Assembly (NCBI GenBank): GCA_043746375.1
Contig: JAYTRF010000132.1
Location: 12,295-76,294, forward strand
Direction: 5' to 3'
DNA length: 64,000 nt
Origin: Caulobacteraceae bacterium
GTDB taxonomy: Bacteria; Pseudomonadota; Alphaproteobacteria; Caulobacterales; Caulobacteraceae
In this document: positions 21,603-32,212 of the stretch, piece by piece
Numbering within the stretch: position 1 is the first letter of the stretch
How the letters are laid out: every line of letters starts with the position of its first letter
Translations under genes and position numbers: made by a program
The notes under the pieces: generated by a model
Database searches by the model: none
Seen by the model: only the letters and a program-made list of their open reading frames with translations
Told to the model about the DNA's origin: nothing

Positions 21603-22132
21603 TGGGGCCCGAAAGTTGGATATTTCCGCTGGTCCTTGCCGATCTTGGCCGTTCGCCCCGGACGGTGCGTTTGATCGCCGATGTGGCTGCCTGCCATGCG
21701 ATCGCCGCGACCCTTGACCTGGAAACACTTACAGTTCTGCAAGCGGACCTGACCCTGCAGCCGTGGCTCGATGGTGTCGAAGTTAGCGGCCGTTTAGCCG
21801 CGACTGCGGGTCGAATTTGCGGGGTCAGCCTGGACCCGTTCGACGAGTTCATCGATGAGCCGGTGAGAATGCGCATCGTGCCCCTGGGCAGCGAAAACGC
21901 ACAACGAGAAGCTCTTGATGATCGGGCCCTGAGCGAGGAATCCGACGAGCTGCCGGAGGAGGCGCAGGGACCGACGATCGATCTCTGCGCACTTGTGCTG
22001 GAGTGCCTCGCTCTTGCGTTGAGCCCGTTTCCCCGCAAGCCCGGCGTCGTGTTCGAGCCACCGCCGCCAGATGGGCCGCAATCGGCCTTTGCGGTCTTGG
22101 CGAACCTTAAGCGCCCTTCGGAAGCGACCTAG
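21599..22132 (+). CDS. DUF177/YceD family protein
   Basis: C.VSLDP, IDL..LV.E.L.LAL.PFPRKPG, S.FAVL..L; upstream of plsX. Confidence 0.8.
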   Translation: MMGPESWIFPLVLADLGRSPRTVRLIADVAACHAIAATLDLETLTVLQADLTLQPWLDGVEVSGRLAATAGRICGVSLDPFDEFIDEPVRMRIVPLGSENAQREALDDRALSEESDELPEEAQGPTIDLCALVLECLALALSPFPRKPGVVFEPPPPDGPQSAFAVLANLKRPSEAT

Positions 22133-22233
22133 GTCGCTGGCCGTGCTGACCGCGCTTGGTTTGCATCGCAGCCGTGCGGCTGTATCGTCGGGCGGCCTCG
22201 TCCCGGCGGAATCGTAGGAGTCACAACGCCGTC

Positions 22234-23307
22234 TTGGCCGACCCCCTGGTCATTTCCATCGATGCCATGGGCGGCGACCATGGTCCGCCGATCGTTGTCC
22301 CTGGGGCGGCGCGCGCGCTCAAATTTTTCGCGCCAGGGGCGATCCGGTTCCTATTGCATGGGGATCGAGAGGTACTGAACGCCGCCCTCGCGCGCACGCC
22401 CGACCTTCGCTCGCTTTGCGAGGTTCGACATTGCGAAAGCGTCATCGCCATGGACGCCAAGCCCGCGCACGCCATGCGAAGGGGCAAGGGGAGTTCGATG
22501 TGGTCTGCGGTGGAAAGCGTCAAGGCGGCAGAGGCCCACGCGGCCCTTTCCGCTGGCAACACGGGTGCTCTGATGGCGATCTCCCGCCTGATCCTGCGGA
22601 TGACCGGGGACTTGGAGCGACCGGCGCTGGTCGCCAACTGGCCGACCACCCGGGGGGTCACCGCCGTCCTGGATGTCGGCGCCAACGTTGTGTGCGATGC
22701 AGAGCGGCTGGTCGAGTTCGCGATTATGGGCTGCGCCTATCACCGGGCGGTGCATGGTTCAGAGCGACCGACCGTCGGCTTGCTCAATATCGGCACCGAG
22801 ATCGACAAGGGTCATGAAGAGGTCAAAGGGGCTGATCGCCTGCTGCGCGAAACCCAATTCGATCTCGACTATCGCGGCTTTGTCGAGGGCGACGATATCG
22901 CCAGGGGCGCCGTGGATGTAATCGTCACGGACGGTTTCACAGGGAATGTGGCGCTGAAGACGGCCGAGGGTCTGGCGCGATTCTTCCGCAATGAGCTGCG
23001 CCACGCCCTGACCAGCGGGCCGCTCGCCAAGCTGGGCGCCGTGATTGCGCAGCGCTCGCTCCGCCGGATGGCCGAGCGGCTGGATCCGAGTTCGATCAAT
23101 GGCGGGCCCTTCCTGGGACTCAACGGCATCGTTGTCAAAAGCCACGGGGGCGCGGACGCGCGGGGATTCGCCACGGCGATCCGCCTGGCCGCCGGTCTGG
23201 CACAGAGCGATTTCGCCGCTGAGATCGAACGTAACCTCGATCGTCTGACCAGGGCCGCAGCGCGAGCCCAATCGGTTGCCCGACCAAGAGAAAGTGCAGG
23301 CGTGTGA
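22234..23307 (+). CDS. plsX: Phosphate acyltransferase PlsX
   Basis: DAMGGD, SAGNTGA, RPAL, LDVGAN, DGFTGN..LK, KSHG; probable TTG start after AGGAG. Confidence 0.95.
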   Translation: MADPLVISIDAMGGDHGPPIVVPGAARALKFFAPGAIRFLLHGDREVLNAALARTPDLRSLCEVRHCESVIAMDAKPAHAMRRGKGSSMWSAVESVKAAEAHAALSAGNTGALMAISRLILRMTGDLERPALVANWPTTRGVTAVLDVGANVVCDAERLVEFAIMGCAYHRAVHGSERPTVGLLNIGTEIDKGHEEVKGADRLLRETQFDLDYRGFVEGDDIARGAVDVIVTDGFTGNVALKTAEGLARFFRNELRHALTSGPLAKLGAVIAQRSLRRMAERLDPSSINGGPFLGLNGIVVKSHGGADARGFATAIRLAAGLAQSDFAAEIERNLDRLTRAAARAQSVARPRESAGV

Positions 23308-24284
23308 GTTCTGTTTTGCGAAGCGTGGTGATCGGCGTCGGCGGTTTCCTGCCGCCGGACATCGTCACCAATGAAGAGCTCGCGCTAACTGTCGACACCA
23401 GCGACGCTTGGATCATCGAGCGAACCGGAATCCATTCGCGCAGGCGAGCGGCCGACGGCCAAGCGACCTCCGACCTCGCCGTCGAGGCAGCCAAGGCGGC
23501 CCTTTCAGCCGCGAACCGTGAGCCCGGCGATCTTGATCTGATCATCGTCGCCACGACCACCGCCGACTATACCTTCCCCGCAACCGCCGCGATTGTTCAG
23601 CGAAAGCTGGGCGCGCCGGTCTGTATCGCGTTCGATGTTCAGGCGGTCTGTTCCGGGTTCGTCTTCGCCCTTTCGGTGGCGGACAATTTTGTCGCCAGAG
23701 GGCAGGCAAAATGCGCGCTGGTGATAGGCGCGGAAACCATGACCCGATTGATGGACTGGAGCGACCGCGGCACATGCGTACTCTTTGGCGATGGCGCGGG
23801 CGCGGTGGTTGTCGAACCTCGCGAGGGGACCGGCGACACCAGCGATCGCGGAATCCTCGGCTATTGCCTGCGCACGGATGGGGCCAAACAGGACCTACTT
23901 TACGTTGACGGTGGTCCGTCAACCACCGGCACGGTCGGCAAGTTGCGCATGCAGGGCAATCAGGTCTTCCGCCATGCGGTAGTCAACATCGCCGAAGCTG
24001 TGGTTTCAGCCGCCAAGACGGCGGGGGTCGAACTGTCTGAAATTGATTGGTTTATTCCCCACCAGGCCAACCAACGCATTCTGGAGGGCGTTGCCCGCCG
24101 GCTCGGCATCGCCCAGGAACGGGTCATTTCCACCGTCGCCCTGCACGCCAACACTTCCGCCGCCTCGATTCCTCTGGCCATGAACCAAGCCATTGGTGAT
24201 GGCCGGATCAAGCCCGGACAGCTGCTCCTGGTCGAGGCCATGGGCGGCGGCCTCACCTGGGGCGCGCTGGTGCTTAGACTTTAG
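23304..24284 (+). CDS. fabH: Beta-ketoacyl-ACP synthase III
   Basis: DTSD.WI..RTGI, AVCSGF, FGDGAGA, PHQAN, NTSAASIP. Confidence 0.96.
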   Translation: MSSVLRSVVIGVGGFLPPDIVTNEELALTVDTSDAWIIERTGIHSRRRAADGQATSDLAVEAAKAALSAANREPGDLDLIIVATTTADYTFPATAAIVQRKLGAPVCIAFDVQAVCSGFVFALSVADNFVARGQAKCALVIGAETMTRLMDWSDRGTCVLFGDGAGAVVVEPREGTGDTSDRGILGYCLRTDGAKQDLLYVDGGPSTTGTVGKLRMQGNQVFRHAVVNIAEAVVSAAKTAGVELSEIDWFIPHQANQRILEGVARRLGIAQERVISTVALHANTSAASIPLAMNQAIGDGRIKPGQLLLVEAMGGGLTWGALVLRL

Positions 24285-24377
24285 CCGGGGATTCAGTTGG
24301 GCGGGGAGAAGCCCTTGACTTGACGCGACATTCGAGGACGTGCAGGCTTGTCTGCGAGGGGAATATTGGGGGTCGCG

Positions 24378-24680
24378 ATGAGCCGAGGGACGAAGACGCG
24401 GGCCGATCTGACCGAGGCCGTTCATCACGAAGTGGGCCTGACCCGCCAGGACTGCGCCGAACTGGTGGAGCGGACACTGGAACTGATTGTCGGGGCCATG
24501 GAGCGCGGCCACGGCGTCAAGCTGTCCGGCTTTGGGGTATTTCAGGTTCGCGCCAAACGCGAGCGCATGGGGCGCAACCCCAAAACGGGAGAGCCCGCCT
24601 CAATCGATTCACGACGTGTGATTGGTTTTCGCGCCTCGCAGGTGATGAAGGCGCGCGTCGAACGCGCCCTGGCGAAATAG
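24378..24680 (+). CDS. ihfA: Integration host factor alpha
   Basis: [27 protein letters not shown]. Confidence 0.92.
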   Translation: MSRGTKTRADLTEAVHHEVGLTRQDCAELVERTLELIVGAMERGHGVKLSGFGVFQVRAKRERMGRNPKTGEPASIDSRRVIGFRASQVMKARVERALAK

Positions 24681-24696
24681 GATCGAGGGCGCAAAG

Positions 24697-25158
24697 GTGG
24701 CTAAAAGCCCCGAGGCGTTCCGGACCATTTCCGAAGCGGCGGCCGAACTTGGCGTCGCTCAGCACGTCTTACGTTTCTGGGAGACCAAGTTCTCCTTCGT
24801 GCGGCCGATGACCCGCGCTGGAGGCCGACGCTTTTACAGGCCGACCGACATCGCCGTGCTCGCCGCCATCCGCAGGCTCCTTTATGACGAAGGATATACG
24901 ATCAAGGGCGTGCAGAAACTGCATCGCGATAATGGACTGACCCTACCCTTGAGGACGCCGGTGCCGCGCGCGGCTTTGCGGCCAGCTTTACCTGTCGCTG
25001 CCCTCGAACCCGCAGCACCAATGGCCTCGGGCGCTCGTCAGCGGATCGAGGCGGCCCTCGCCTCCATCGTCACTGCCAAGGCGCGACTGGACTCCCTGAC
25101 AGACGACAATGAGACGGCGTCGTTTGCGATTGCGCCGGGCGCCCCGCCGTCCCTATAA
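24697..25158 (+). CDS. MerR family regulator (ihfA-linked)
   Basis: [33 protein letters not shown]. Confidence 0.88.
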   Translation: MAKSPEAFRTISEAAAELGVAQHVLRFWETKFSFVRPMTRAGGRRFYRPTDIAVLAAIRRLLYDEGYTIKGVQKLHRDNGLTLPLRTPVPRAALRPALPVAALEPAAPMASGARQRIEAALASIVTAKARLDSLTDDNETASFAIAPGAPPSL

Positions 25159-25174
25159 GGCCCTCTTCCTGCAG

Positions 25175-25251
<77 letters not shown>

Positions 25252-25333
25252 ATCCGCCGCCGCCTGCGGTGGATGCAGGTAGGCTAAAAATCGGTTCGTT
25301 GGCCGTGATCTTGGGCGAGGGCGCCAGGCAAGG

Positions 25334-26362
25334 ATGATCTCGACCGCTGATCCTGACCGATCGCGTTCAGTTGCGATCTGGCTATGGCTTGTGGCCATCC
25401 TGGTTCTGGCGATGGTTGTCGTCGGCGGCGCGACGCGACTGACCGGGTCGGGACTTTCGATTACCCAATGGAAGCCGATCGCCGGTTCGCTGCCGCCGAT
25501 GACCCATGCGGCGTGGACGGCCGATTTTCGCCTTTACCAAGCCACGCCCCAGTATCGGTTGGTCAACCGGGGCATGAGCCTGGCGGCATTCCAGTTCATC
25601 TTCTGGTGGGAATGGGCGCACCGCCTGCTGGGGCGCGTGGTCGGGCTGACCTTCATCGCGCCTTTCGCGACTTTCCTTGCTCGGCATCAACTGCCGCGAA
25701 GACTCATCTGGCCGTGCGCCGGCCTTCTGGGCCTCGGCGCGCTTCAGGGGCTCGTTGGCTGGTGGATGGTCGAGAGCGGCCTGGAGGCGCGCGTTCTGGT
25801 CGCGCCGGAGCGCTTGGCGATTCACCTGGGCCTCGCACTTGTGCTTTTCGCGGCCCTGATCTGGACGGGCCTCGAGGCGTGGTTCGGTCGCGGCGAACGG
25901 CGCGGCGGCAAATGGGGGCCGGCCGCCACTGTGTTCGCATGTGGCGTTTTCTTGCAGTGCCTTCTGGGCGCGCTGGTGGCCGGCAATCAGGCCGGATTGG
26001 TGGACAACGATTGGCCGCGCATGGGCGGCGTTTGGATTCCGGTTGACTATTGGCACGGGTCATTGTGGGCCACGCTCGCCCACGGGCAAGCTTCCGTTCA
26101 GCTCAATCACCGGCTAGCAGCCTACTTGCTGTTGGTAGCCGGTCTCGGAATGGGATTGGCCGGAGGGTGGTCCAAGCGCGCGCCGCGGGCCATCAGGGCC
26201 CTCGCGCTCGCTAACGGGGCTGCCGTCGCCCTGCAAGCTTGGCTCGGGGTCGCAGCGTTGTTGCTGGGGGTTCCCCTTGCCATCGCCATCCTGCATCAAC
26301 TGGGGGCGGCGACGCTGTTGGCGGTTGCCACGAGCCTTGCATGGCGAACCCGCCGGCTTTAA
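25334..26362 (+). CDS. ctaA: Heme A synthase (COX15/CtaA type 2)
   Basis: [38 protein letters not shown] and HQ motifs. Confidence 0.92.
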   Translation: MISTADPDRSRSVAIWLWLVAILVLAMVVVGGATRLTGSGLSITQWKPIAGSLPPMTHAAWTADFRLYQATPQYRLVNRGMSLAAFQFIFWWEWAHRLLGRVVGLTFIAPFATFLARHQLPRRLIWPCAGLLGLGALQGLVGWWMVESGLEARVLVAPERLAIHLGLALVLFAALIWTGLEAWFGRGERRGGKWGPAATVFACGVFLQCLLGALVAGNQAGLVDNDWPRMGGVWIPVDYWHGSLWATLAHGQASVQLNHRLAAYLLLVAGLGMGLAGGWSKRAPRAIRALALANGAAVALQAWLGVAALLLGVPLAIAILHQLGAATLLAVATSLAWRTRRL

Positions 26363-26434
26363 CGGTAATATGATACCGTCAGCTGGAATGAATTGATTTC
26401 AAAGGGTTTCTGCTCGGAGAATGGACCACAGTGC

Positions 26435-26463
26435 TTGACAGTGAGGTTCCAGAGGGGGTAGCA
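26435..26463 (+). promoter_or_regulatory. Putative sigma70 promoter of rplM-rpsI
   Basis: Perfect TTGACA at 26435-26440 upstream of rplM; -10 element is weak. Confidence 0.45.
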
Positions 26464-26513
26464 GCAGCCCACATCGCAGCGAGTACATGCGCGCTGCCTG
26501 CCGGACTGTTCCC

Positions 26514-26990
26514 ATGACCACCAAAACCACTACCTATCTGAAAGCCGCCAGCGTGGAAAAAAGCTGGATTCTGATCGACGCGCGCGACGCCGTCGTCGGC
26601 CGGCTAGCCTCATTCATCGCCATGCGCTTGCGAGGCAAGCATCGGTCGGACTACACGCCCAACGTCGACTGCGGCGATCATGTGGTCGTGATTAACGCCG
26701 ACAAGGTGAAATTCACCGGACGCAAGCTCGAGAAGAAGATCTATTACTGGCACACCGGCCACCCGGGCGGAATCAAGCAGCGCACGGCGGGAAAGATTCT
26801 CGGCGGGCGTTTCCCCGAAAGAATTCTGGAAAAGGCCGTTGAACGGATGCTGCCCAAAGAGAGCCCTCTGGCGCGTCGGCAGTTGACCCACCTGAAGATC
26901 TATAACGGCGGCGACCACCCACATGAAGCCCAGGGCCCGGCGGTGATCGACTTCGCCGCCCTCAACGCCAAGAACGCCCGGAGCCAGTAA
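26514..26990 (+). CDS. rplM: 50S ribosomal protein L13
   Basis: W..IDA, GRLAS, LRGKH...YTP.VDCGD, HTGHPGG, HPHEAQ. Confidence 0.97.
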   Translation: MTTKTTTYLKAASVEKSWILIDARDAVVGRLASFIAMRLRGKHRSDYTPNVDCGDHVVVINADKVKFTGRKLEKKIYYWHTGHPGGIKQRTAGKILGGRFPERILEKAVERMLPKESPLARRQLTHLKIYNGGDHPHEAQGPAVIDFAALNAKNARSQ

Positions 26991-26993
26991 CCC

Positions 26994-27470
26994 ATGAGCG
27001 AGACCCACGGCCTTGAGGCGCTGCAGAGCCTCTCTTCCAATCCTGCCCCAGATGCGGCCGTTCGCGAGCCCCAGATCGACAAACAGGGCCGCGCCTATGC
27101 CACCGGCAAGCGCAAAAATGCCATCGCGAGAGTGTGGATTCAGCCGGGCAAGGGCAAAATGACGATTAATGGCCGCGACCATGAAGTCTATTTCGCCAGG
27201 CCCGTGCTTCGGATGATGATCGCCCAACCGTTGCAGATCGCCGACCGGCTCGGCCAGTTCGATGTTGTCGCCACCGTCGAGGGGTCGGGGCTCTCGGGCC
27301 AAGCCGGTGCGGTGCGCCACGGTATCTCAAAGGCTCTGACCTATTACGAGCCCGGCCTGCGATCTGTGCTCAAGCCGCATGGATTTCTGACCCGCGACAG
27401 CCGCGTTGTCGAACGCAAGAAATACGGCAAGGCGAAGGCCCGCCGCAGCTTCCAGTTTTCCAAGCGCTAG
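26994..27470 (+). CDS. rpsI: 30S ribosomal protein S9
   Basis: ATGKRK.A.ARV, GQAGA.RHG, LTRD.R.VERKK, QFSKR. Confidence 0.97.
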   Translation: MSETHGLEALQSLSSNPAPDAAVREPQIDKQGRAYATGKRKNAIARVWIQPGKGKMTINGRDHEVYFARPVLRMMIAQPLQIADRLGQFDVVATVEGSGLSGQAGAVRHGISKALTYYEPGLRSVLKPHGFLTRDSRVVERKKYGKAKARRSFQFSKR

Positions 27471-27492
27471 ATCCGCCCAGGTTCGGTCGGCG

Positions 27493-27526
27493 AAAGGCGC
27501 TTGGCTTTAGGCCAAGGCGCCTTTCC
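27493..27526 (+). terminator. Putative intrinsic terminator after rpsI
   Basis: Hairpin AAAGGCGC-TTGGC/GCCAA-G-GCGCCTTT with short T tail. Confidence 0.55.
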
Positions 27527-27558
27527 TGCATTTGTCACACATCTCTTTGGAGGCGGCG

Positions 27559-28506
27559 ATGTCCGCAAAGGTGTTTATCGACGGCGAGGCCGGTACGACG
27601 GGCCTCCAGATCCACGAGCGGCTGGCGGGGCGTAGTGATATCGAGCTGATTTCGATCGAGCCCAGGTTTCGTAAGGACTTCACGGCTCGCCAAGATCTGC
27701 TCAACGGTGCGGACGTATCGATTCTCTGCCTGCCGGATGCGGCGGCGATCGAAGCCGTTGGCATGGTTCACAGCGGTCGCGCGAGGCTCATCGATGCTTC
27801 GAGCGCTCATCGAACGGTGCCGGGGTGGACCTACGGCTTTGCGGAGATAGGGGCCGGTCAGCGACAGGCGATCGCCGCGGCAAGCCGCATTTCCAACCCT
27901 GGGTGCTATGCGACCGGATTCATTGCTCTGATCCGGCCGCTGATCGCAGTCGGCCTTGTGCCCGAGACCTGGCCGGTCACGGCGACCGGGGTCTCGGGCT
28001 ACTCTGGCGGCGGGCGTTCCATGATCTCCCGGTATGAGGATCCCGCCGCGCCTGATCACATCGACAGCCCGTACCGGATATACGCCACGGGGCTGGCGCA
28101 TAAGCACGTGCCCGAGATGCAAATGCATGCGGGTCTCGTCCATCGTCCGCTGTTCGCGCCGGCCAGGGCACGGTATTTCCAGGGGATGATCGTCGAGATT
28201 CCCCTTCACCTTCACGCACTGCCGGTTCGTCCGTGCATCGCGGAGCTGCACTCTGCCCTGGCCAGGGCTTATGCTGACGAGGCGTTCATCGAGGTCGCGT
28301 CCCTAGAGCAATCGGCGGTGATGGCGGAGCTTGATCCGCAGCAAATGAACAATACCAACCTGATGCGCCTGCACGTTTTTGGGTCCGATGAGCTTGGACA
28401 GGCGCGCCTCGTCGCCGTGCTGGACAACCTAGGCAAGGGCGCTGCAGGGGCCGCCATTCAGAACCTGAACCTGATGCTGGGCCTTCCGGAAACGGCGGGG
28501 CTGTGA
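27559..28506 (+). CDS. argC: N-acetyl-gamma-glutamyl-phosphate reductase (type 2)
   Basis: [37 protein letters not shown]. Confidence 0.94.
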   Translation: MSAKVFIDGEAGTTGLQIHERLAGRSDIELISIEPRFRKDFTARQDLLNGADVSILCLPDAAAIEAVGMVHSGRARLIDASSAHRTVPGWTYGFAEIGAGQRQAIAAASRISNPGCYATGFIALIRPLIAVGLVPETWPVTATGVSGYSGGGRSMISRYEDPAAPDHIDSPYRIYATGLAHKHVPEMQMHAGLVHRPLFAPARARYFQGMIVEIPLHLHALPVRPCIAELHSALARAYADEAFIEVASLEQSAVMAELDPQQMNNTNLMRLHVFGSDELGQARLVAVLDNLGKGAAGAAIQNLNLMLGLPETAGL

Positions 28507-29012
28507 GACTTCGCGTTGCCGGGCGTGCGGATATGGCTGCGATAGCGCGCCTCTATCGACACACCATGCGAACCTCTCTGTCGTTCGTGCCCGAAATGCA
28601 CACGCCGGCGGAAGATTTGGTCTTTTTTCGTGACCGGCTCATGCCCCAGAACACGTTCTGGGTGGCCGAAATGGGTGGGAAAATTAGAGGGTTCATCGCC
28701 TTCCGCGCCGGGTTCATAGAGCACCTCCACGTTCATCCAGGTGACCAGGGCAAAGGCCTTGGGCATGCGCTCCTCAAAAAGGCCAAATGCGCCAATCACG
28801 AACTGCAGCTATGGACCTTTCAAGACAACGCGCGCGCCCGGGCGTTTTACGAAGCTCAAGGGTTTCGCCCTCTGCATTTTACCGACGGGTCGCGTAACGA
28901 GGAGCGCTTGCCGGACGTACTCTACGGCTGGAATGCAACGCAGCCCCGAACGCCAGCCTTGATCAGCCCTGAGGTAATCCAATGCCGCTCGCCCAGCGTA
29001 CAATTGCCATGA
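28503..29012 (+). CDS. GNAT acetyltransferase
   Basis: L.V.P..QGKGLG..LL, WTFQ.N..A.AFYE..GF. Confidence 0.85.
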   Translation: MRLRVAGRADMAAIARLYRHTMRTSLSFVPEMHTPAEDLVFFRDRLMPQNTFWVAEMGGKIRGFIAFRAGFIEHLHVHPGDQGKGLGHALLKKAKCANHELQLWTFQDNARARAFYEAQGFRPLHFTDGSRNEERLPDVLYGWNATQPRTPALISPEVIQCRSPSVQLP

Positions 29013-29506
29013 CGCCATCGGAAACTCCTCGGCGCCGCGAGGTGCTGTTCGGCGCTGCGGCGATTGCCCTCGTACCCGCCGCCTCCCTGTCGGCCAGCGC
29101 GGACCCTTACGCAACCTCGCCGTGGCGCAAGCTTACCGATGCAGACTGGAAACGGCGCTTGCCTGCGGCGTCATATATCGTGCTGCGTCGGCAGGGCACC
29201 GAGACGCCGTTCACCAGCCCGCTGAACAACGAGCATCGGAGCGGGACTTTCGCCTGCCTGGGCTGTGGCCTGCCGCTCTTTCGCTCCCAGTGGAAATACA
29301 ATTCCGGCACCGGGTGGCCGAGTTTTTTCAATGTGCTTGGCGGAGCGATCGGCAAGTCAAAGGACTTCGCCATCGGTGCGGAACGGATCGAGTACCACTG
29401 CGCCAGATGCCTGGGCCATCAGGGACACCTCTTTAACGATGGCCCCCGGCCGACCGGCCTGCGCTATTGCAACGACGGCGTTGCGCTGAAATTTACTCCC
29501 GTCTGA
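29009..29506 (+). CDS. msrB: Methionine-R-sulfoxide reductase with Tat-like signal
   Basis: RRREVL twin-arginine leader; GTE.PF, CxxC twice, SGTGWPSF, GH.F.DGP, RYC. Confidence 0.9.
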   Translation: MTPSETPRRREVLFGAAAIALVPAASLSASADPYATSPWRKLTDADWKRRLPAASYIVLRRQGTETPFTSPLNNEHRSGTFACLGCGLPLFRSQWKYNSGTGWPSFFNVLGGAIGKSKDFAIGAERIEYHCARCLGHQGHLFNDGPRPTGLRYCNDGVALKFTPV

Positions 29507-29558
29507 CGATCGACCAAACTCGCGAGATTGGCCGCTGTGGCGCCGGCGTCCCCGGTGT

Positions 29559-31511
29559 TCAGGAGCGAACCTTCACGAAGCTGCCCGGCGCGTCTTCGAG
29601 TGGCTTCATCGGGCCCTTGGCAGGATACCGGGCAGTGACTTGAACGCCCGATCTTGCCTTCAGCCACGCCGCCCAGTGGTTCCACCAGGAGCCCGGGTGT
29701 TCGATCGCGCCGCTCAGCCATTCATCGAGCGTGGGCGGCAGAGCAGAGTTGGTCCAGTGCTGATACTTCTTCGCCGCGGGCGCGTTGATCACCCCGGCGA
29801 TGTGGCCCGAGCCAGCCAGGGTGAAGGTTACAGGGCCACCAAACAACCGCGCGCCCTTGTAGACCGACTTGGCGGGCGCGATGTGGTCTTCCCGCGATGA
29901 CTGGACATAGATCGGGGTTCTGACGTCGCCAAGGTTGAGGCGCTCGCCGGCGAGTTCGAGCTCACCCTTGGCCAGGGCGTTTTCGCCGTAGAATTTTCGC
30001 AAATAGTAAAGATGCAGAGTCTTTGGCATACGCGTCTGGTCGGAATTCCAGAACAGAAGGTCGAAGGGCTTTGGCTCCTTGCCCATCAGGTAGTTGTTGA
30101 CGAAAAACGACCAGATGAGGTCGTTGGCGCGCAGTGAGTTGAATGTATCGGCCATCGTCTGTCCGGCGAGCACGCCGCCGCTGGCGTCCATCCTGCCTTC
30201 GAGGTCCTTGAGCCACTCATCGTTGGCGAAAATCAACAGGTCGCCGGCTTCGGAAAAGTCCTGCTGGGCGGCGAAGAAAGTCGCCGATGCAATTCGCCCG
30301 TCGCCGCGCGCGGCCATGTGCGCCAGGGCGCAGGACAACAGGGTGCCACCAATGCAATAGCCAACAGTGTTGACTTTTTTGACGCCGCACTGACGGATGA
30401 CAACGTCGATGGCGCTATAAATTCCGTCTTTGAGGTAGTCTTCGAAGGTCTTTGTCGCCAAGCGCTTGTCTGGATTCACCCACGACGTAACGAATACCGT
30501 ATTCCCCTGGCCGGTGAGCCAGCGGATCATTGAGTTTTCGGGGCGAAGATCGAGGATATAGAATTTATTTATCCAGGGTGGAAAGATCAGAAGCGGAACT
30601 TTGGCGACGGTCTTAGTCGATGGTGAAAACTGTAGGATCTGAATGATCTCGTTTTCGAAGATCACCTTACCGGGCGCGGTTGCGACATTTTCCCCGACCT
30701 TGAACCGGCCAAGGTCAGTCTGGCTGATTGACAGTTGTCCACCGCCGCGTTGCAGGTCGGCGGCGAAGTTTTCCATGCCGCGAGCGATGCTTTCGCCGCG
30801 GGTGGTCATGGCCTCGCGGAGCGCCGCGGGATTGGAAAGCAGGAAATTCGAAGGCGAAAACGCGTCGGTCAGCATTCGCGTGAAAAACTCGACGCGCCGA
30901 CGGGTCAGGGGGTCCACCCCCTCGACCCCGGCGACTAGGTCATTCAGCCAAGCCGAAGTAATCAGATACGATTGTTTGACGATGTCGAACATCGGTGTTG
31001 AAGACCATTCGGGGTCAACGAACCGTTTGTCCCCCTTCAGCGGGGTGGCCGCAGGTTCAAAAGGCTCGCCGGTGGAGTTGGCCGCCGCGGCGCGCCACAA
31101 CTCCATGTAGCGGCCAAAGAGCTCCGCCTGGGCGCGCATGAGCCGGTCAGGCTGGGCGGCAAGGGCGCCGATCACCTCTCCGAGCGCGGGGCCGACGTGG
31201 AATGGGTCGGGGCTCAGCGCCGCCGGCCGATCGGCCTGGCGCAGCGCCGCTTCGGCGATGGCGCCCTGGGCTGTCATGGCCGCGCGCGCGAGATTGAGCG
31301 ATAGCGCCTCCATGGCCTGGCGCTGGTCGGCCGAGAGGAAGTCAAATTCGGCGGGAGTTGCTGGCCCGGTTTTCGCGAGCGTCGGCTTTTCTTTGGCAGT
31401 GGCGGATTGCTCGGCGGTCTTCGGCGCCTTCCCAGCGCTGGCGCTGAACGGTTTCTTCGCCTTCGTCTTGGGCGCGGGCCCGGACTTGGATTTGCGAGGG
31501 GTCTTGCTCAT
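29559..31511 (-). CDS. phaC: Class I poly(hydroxyalkanoate) synthase
   Basis: PSNF...NP, PPWINKFYILDL, GYCIGG, DLLFWNSD, DHI, SGHIAG, GSWW. Confidence 0.95.
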   Translation of the reverse strand: MSKTPRKSKSGPAPKTKAKKPFSASAGKAPKTAEQSATAKEKPTLAKTGPATPAEFDFLSADQRQAMEALSLNLARAAMTAQGAIAEAALRQADRPAALSPDPFHVGPALGEVIGALAAQPDRLMRAQAELFGRYMELWRAAAANSTGEPFEPAATPLKGDKRFVDPEWSSTPMFDIVKQSYLITSAWLNDLVAGVEGVDPLTRRRVEFFTRMLTDAFSPSNFLLSNPAALREAMTTRGESIARGMENFAADLQRGGGQLSISQTDLGRFKVGENVATAPGKVIFENEIIQILQFSPSTKTVAKVPLLIFPPWINKFYILDLRPENSMIRWLTGQGNTVFVTSWVNPDKRLATKTFEDYLKDGIYSAIDVVIRQCGVKKVNTVGYCIGGTLLSCALAHMAARGDGRIASATFFAAQQDFSEAGDLLIFANDEWLKDLEGRMDASGGVLAGQTMADTFNSLRANDLIWSFFVNNYLMGKEPKPFDLLFWNSDQTRMPKTLHLYYLRKFYGENALAKGELELAGERLNLGDVRTPIYVQSSREDHIAPAKSVYKGARLFGGPVTFTLAGSGHIAGVINAPAAKKYQHWTNSALPPTLDEWLSGAIEHPGSWWNHWAAWLKARSGVQVTARYPAKGPMKPLEDAPGSFVKVRS

Positions 31512-31610
31512 TGTCGCCTCCGTGGCCGGCATGGCCCCGCGCCCTTCCGCGCACGCGCGGTTTGCCGTAAGAGCTTAAAGGCTATGAAAGCTTTCGCGCG
31601 CGAATTTTCA

Positions 31611-32030
31611 ATGAGAGACACCATTTTGGCCGCGCTTTTACTTGGCGTGCCGCTGGCTGCAGAACCGGCATTGGCTGCGCAGCCGTGTGCGGCGCCGGCG
31701 CGGTCTGCAATACTGCCCCCCGACCTTCTCGCAGCCGCGGCCAGTGTCGATTCCTACCCAACCTTCTGCTCCATTCCCGCCACGCCGACCGATGTCCGCG
31801 CGCCGGGCGACTTCAGGTCGGCAGTCGTCGACACAAGGATGGCCGGCGCCAATCTTGTGGCGGAAGATGGGCCCAGCAGCTTTTCCCTCAACGGAACCGA
31901 TGACTTCGCCGCCGCAGCGCGGGGCGAGGCGGTTGCGCCGCCGCCGATGACCACGCCGCAGGACGCCCCGACGGACGCATTCGTCAAGCAGATGCGGTCC
32001 CGCGCGACGCCGCCACCGCGGCCTCGGTAG
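31611..32030 (+). CDS. Hypothetical exported Pro/Ala-rich protein
   Basis: Signal peptide (ALA cleavage motif); fills the gap divergent from phaC. Confidence 0.65.
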   Translation: MRDTILAALLLGVPLAAEPALAAQPCAAPARSAILPPDLLAAAASVDSYPTFCSIPATPTDVRAPGDFRSAVVDTRMAGANLVAEDGPSSFSLNGTDDFAAAARGEAVAPPPMTTPQDAPTDAFVKQMRSRATPPPRPR

Positions 32031-32212
32031 GGCCTACAGTCAATGAAATTGGAACGGCCGTGCGCCCCTTCCGACACGGTGCGCGACAGAAACGTCCTGC
32101 TACGGGCGCCTTTTTGCCGGCGAGGCGATCACGTTCGATGGCCGCTTAGCCTATTGGGGGAGGCGGCGCGTCCACCACAGCGGCGGATCCAGAGGGAGCG
32201 AACGGCGCCGCC

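Noticed and set aside
22132-22234. Absence of rpmF between DUF177 and plsX
   Set aside because: Usual arrangement in alphaproteobacteria; not unusual
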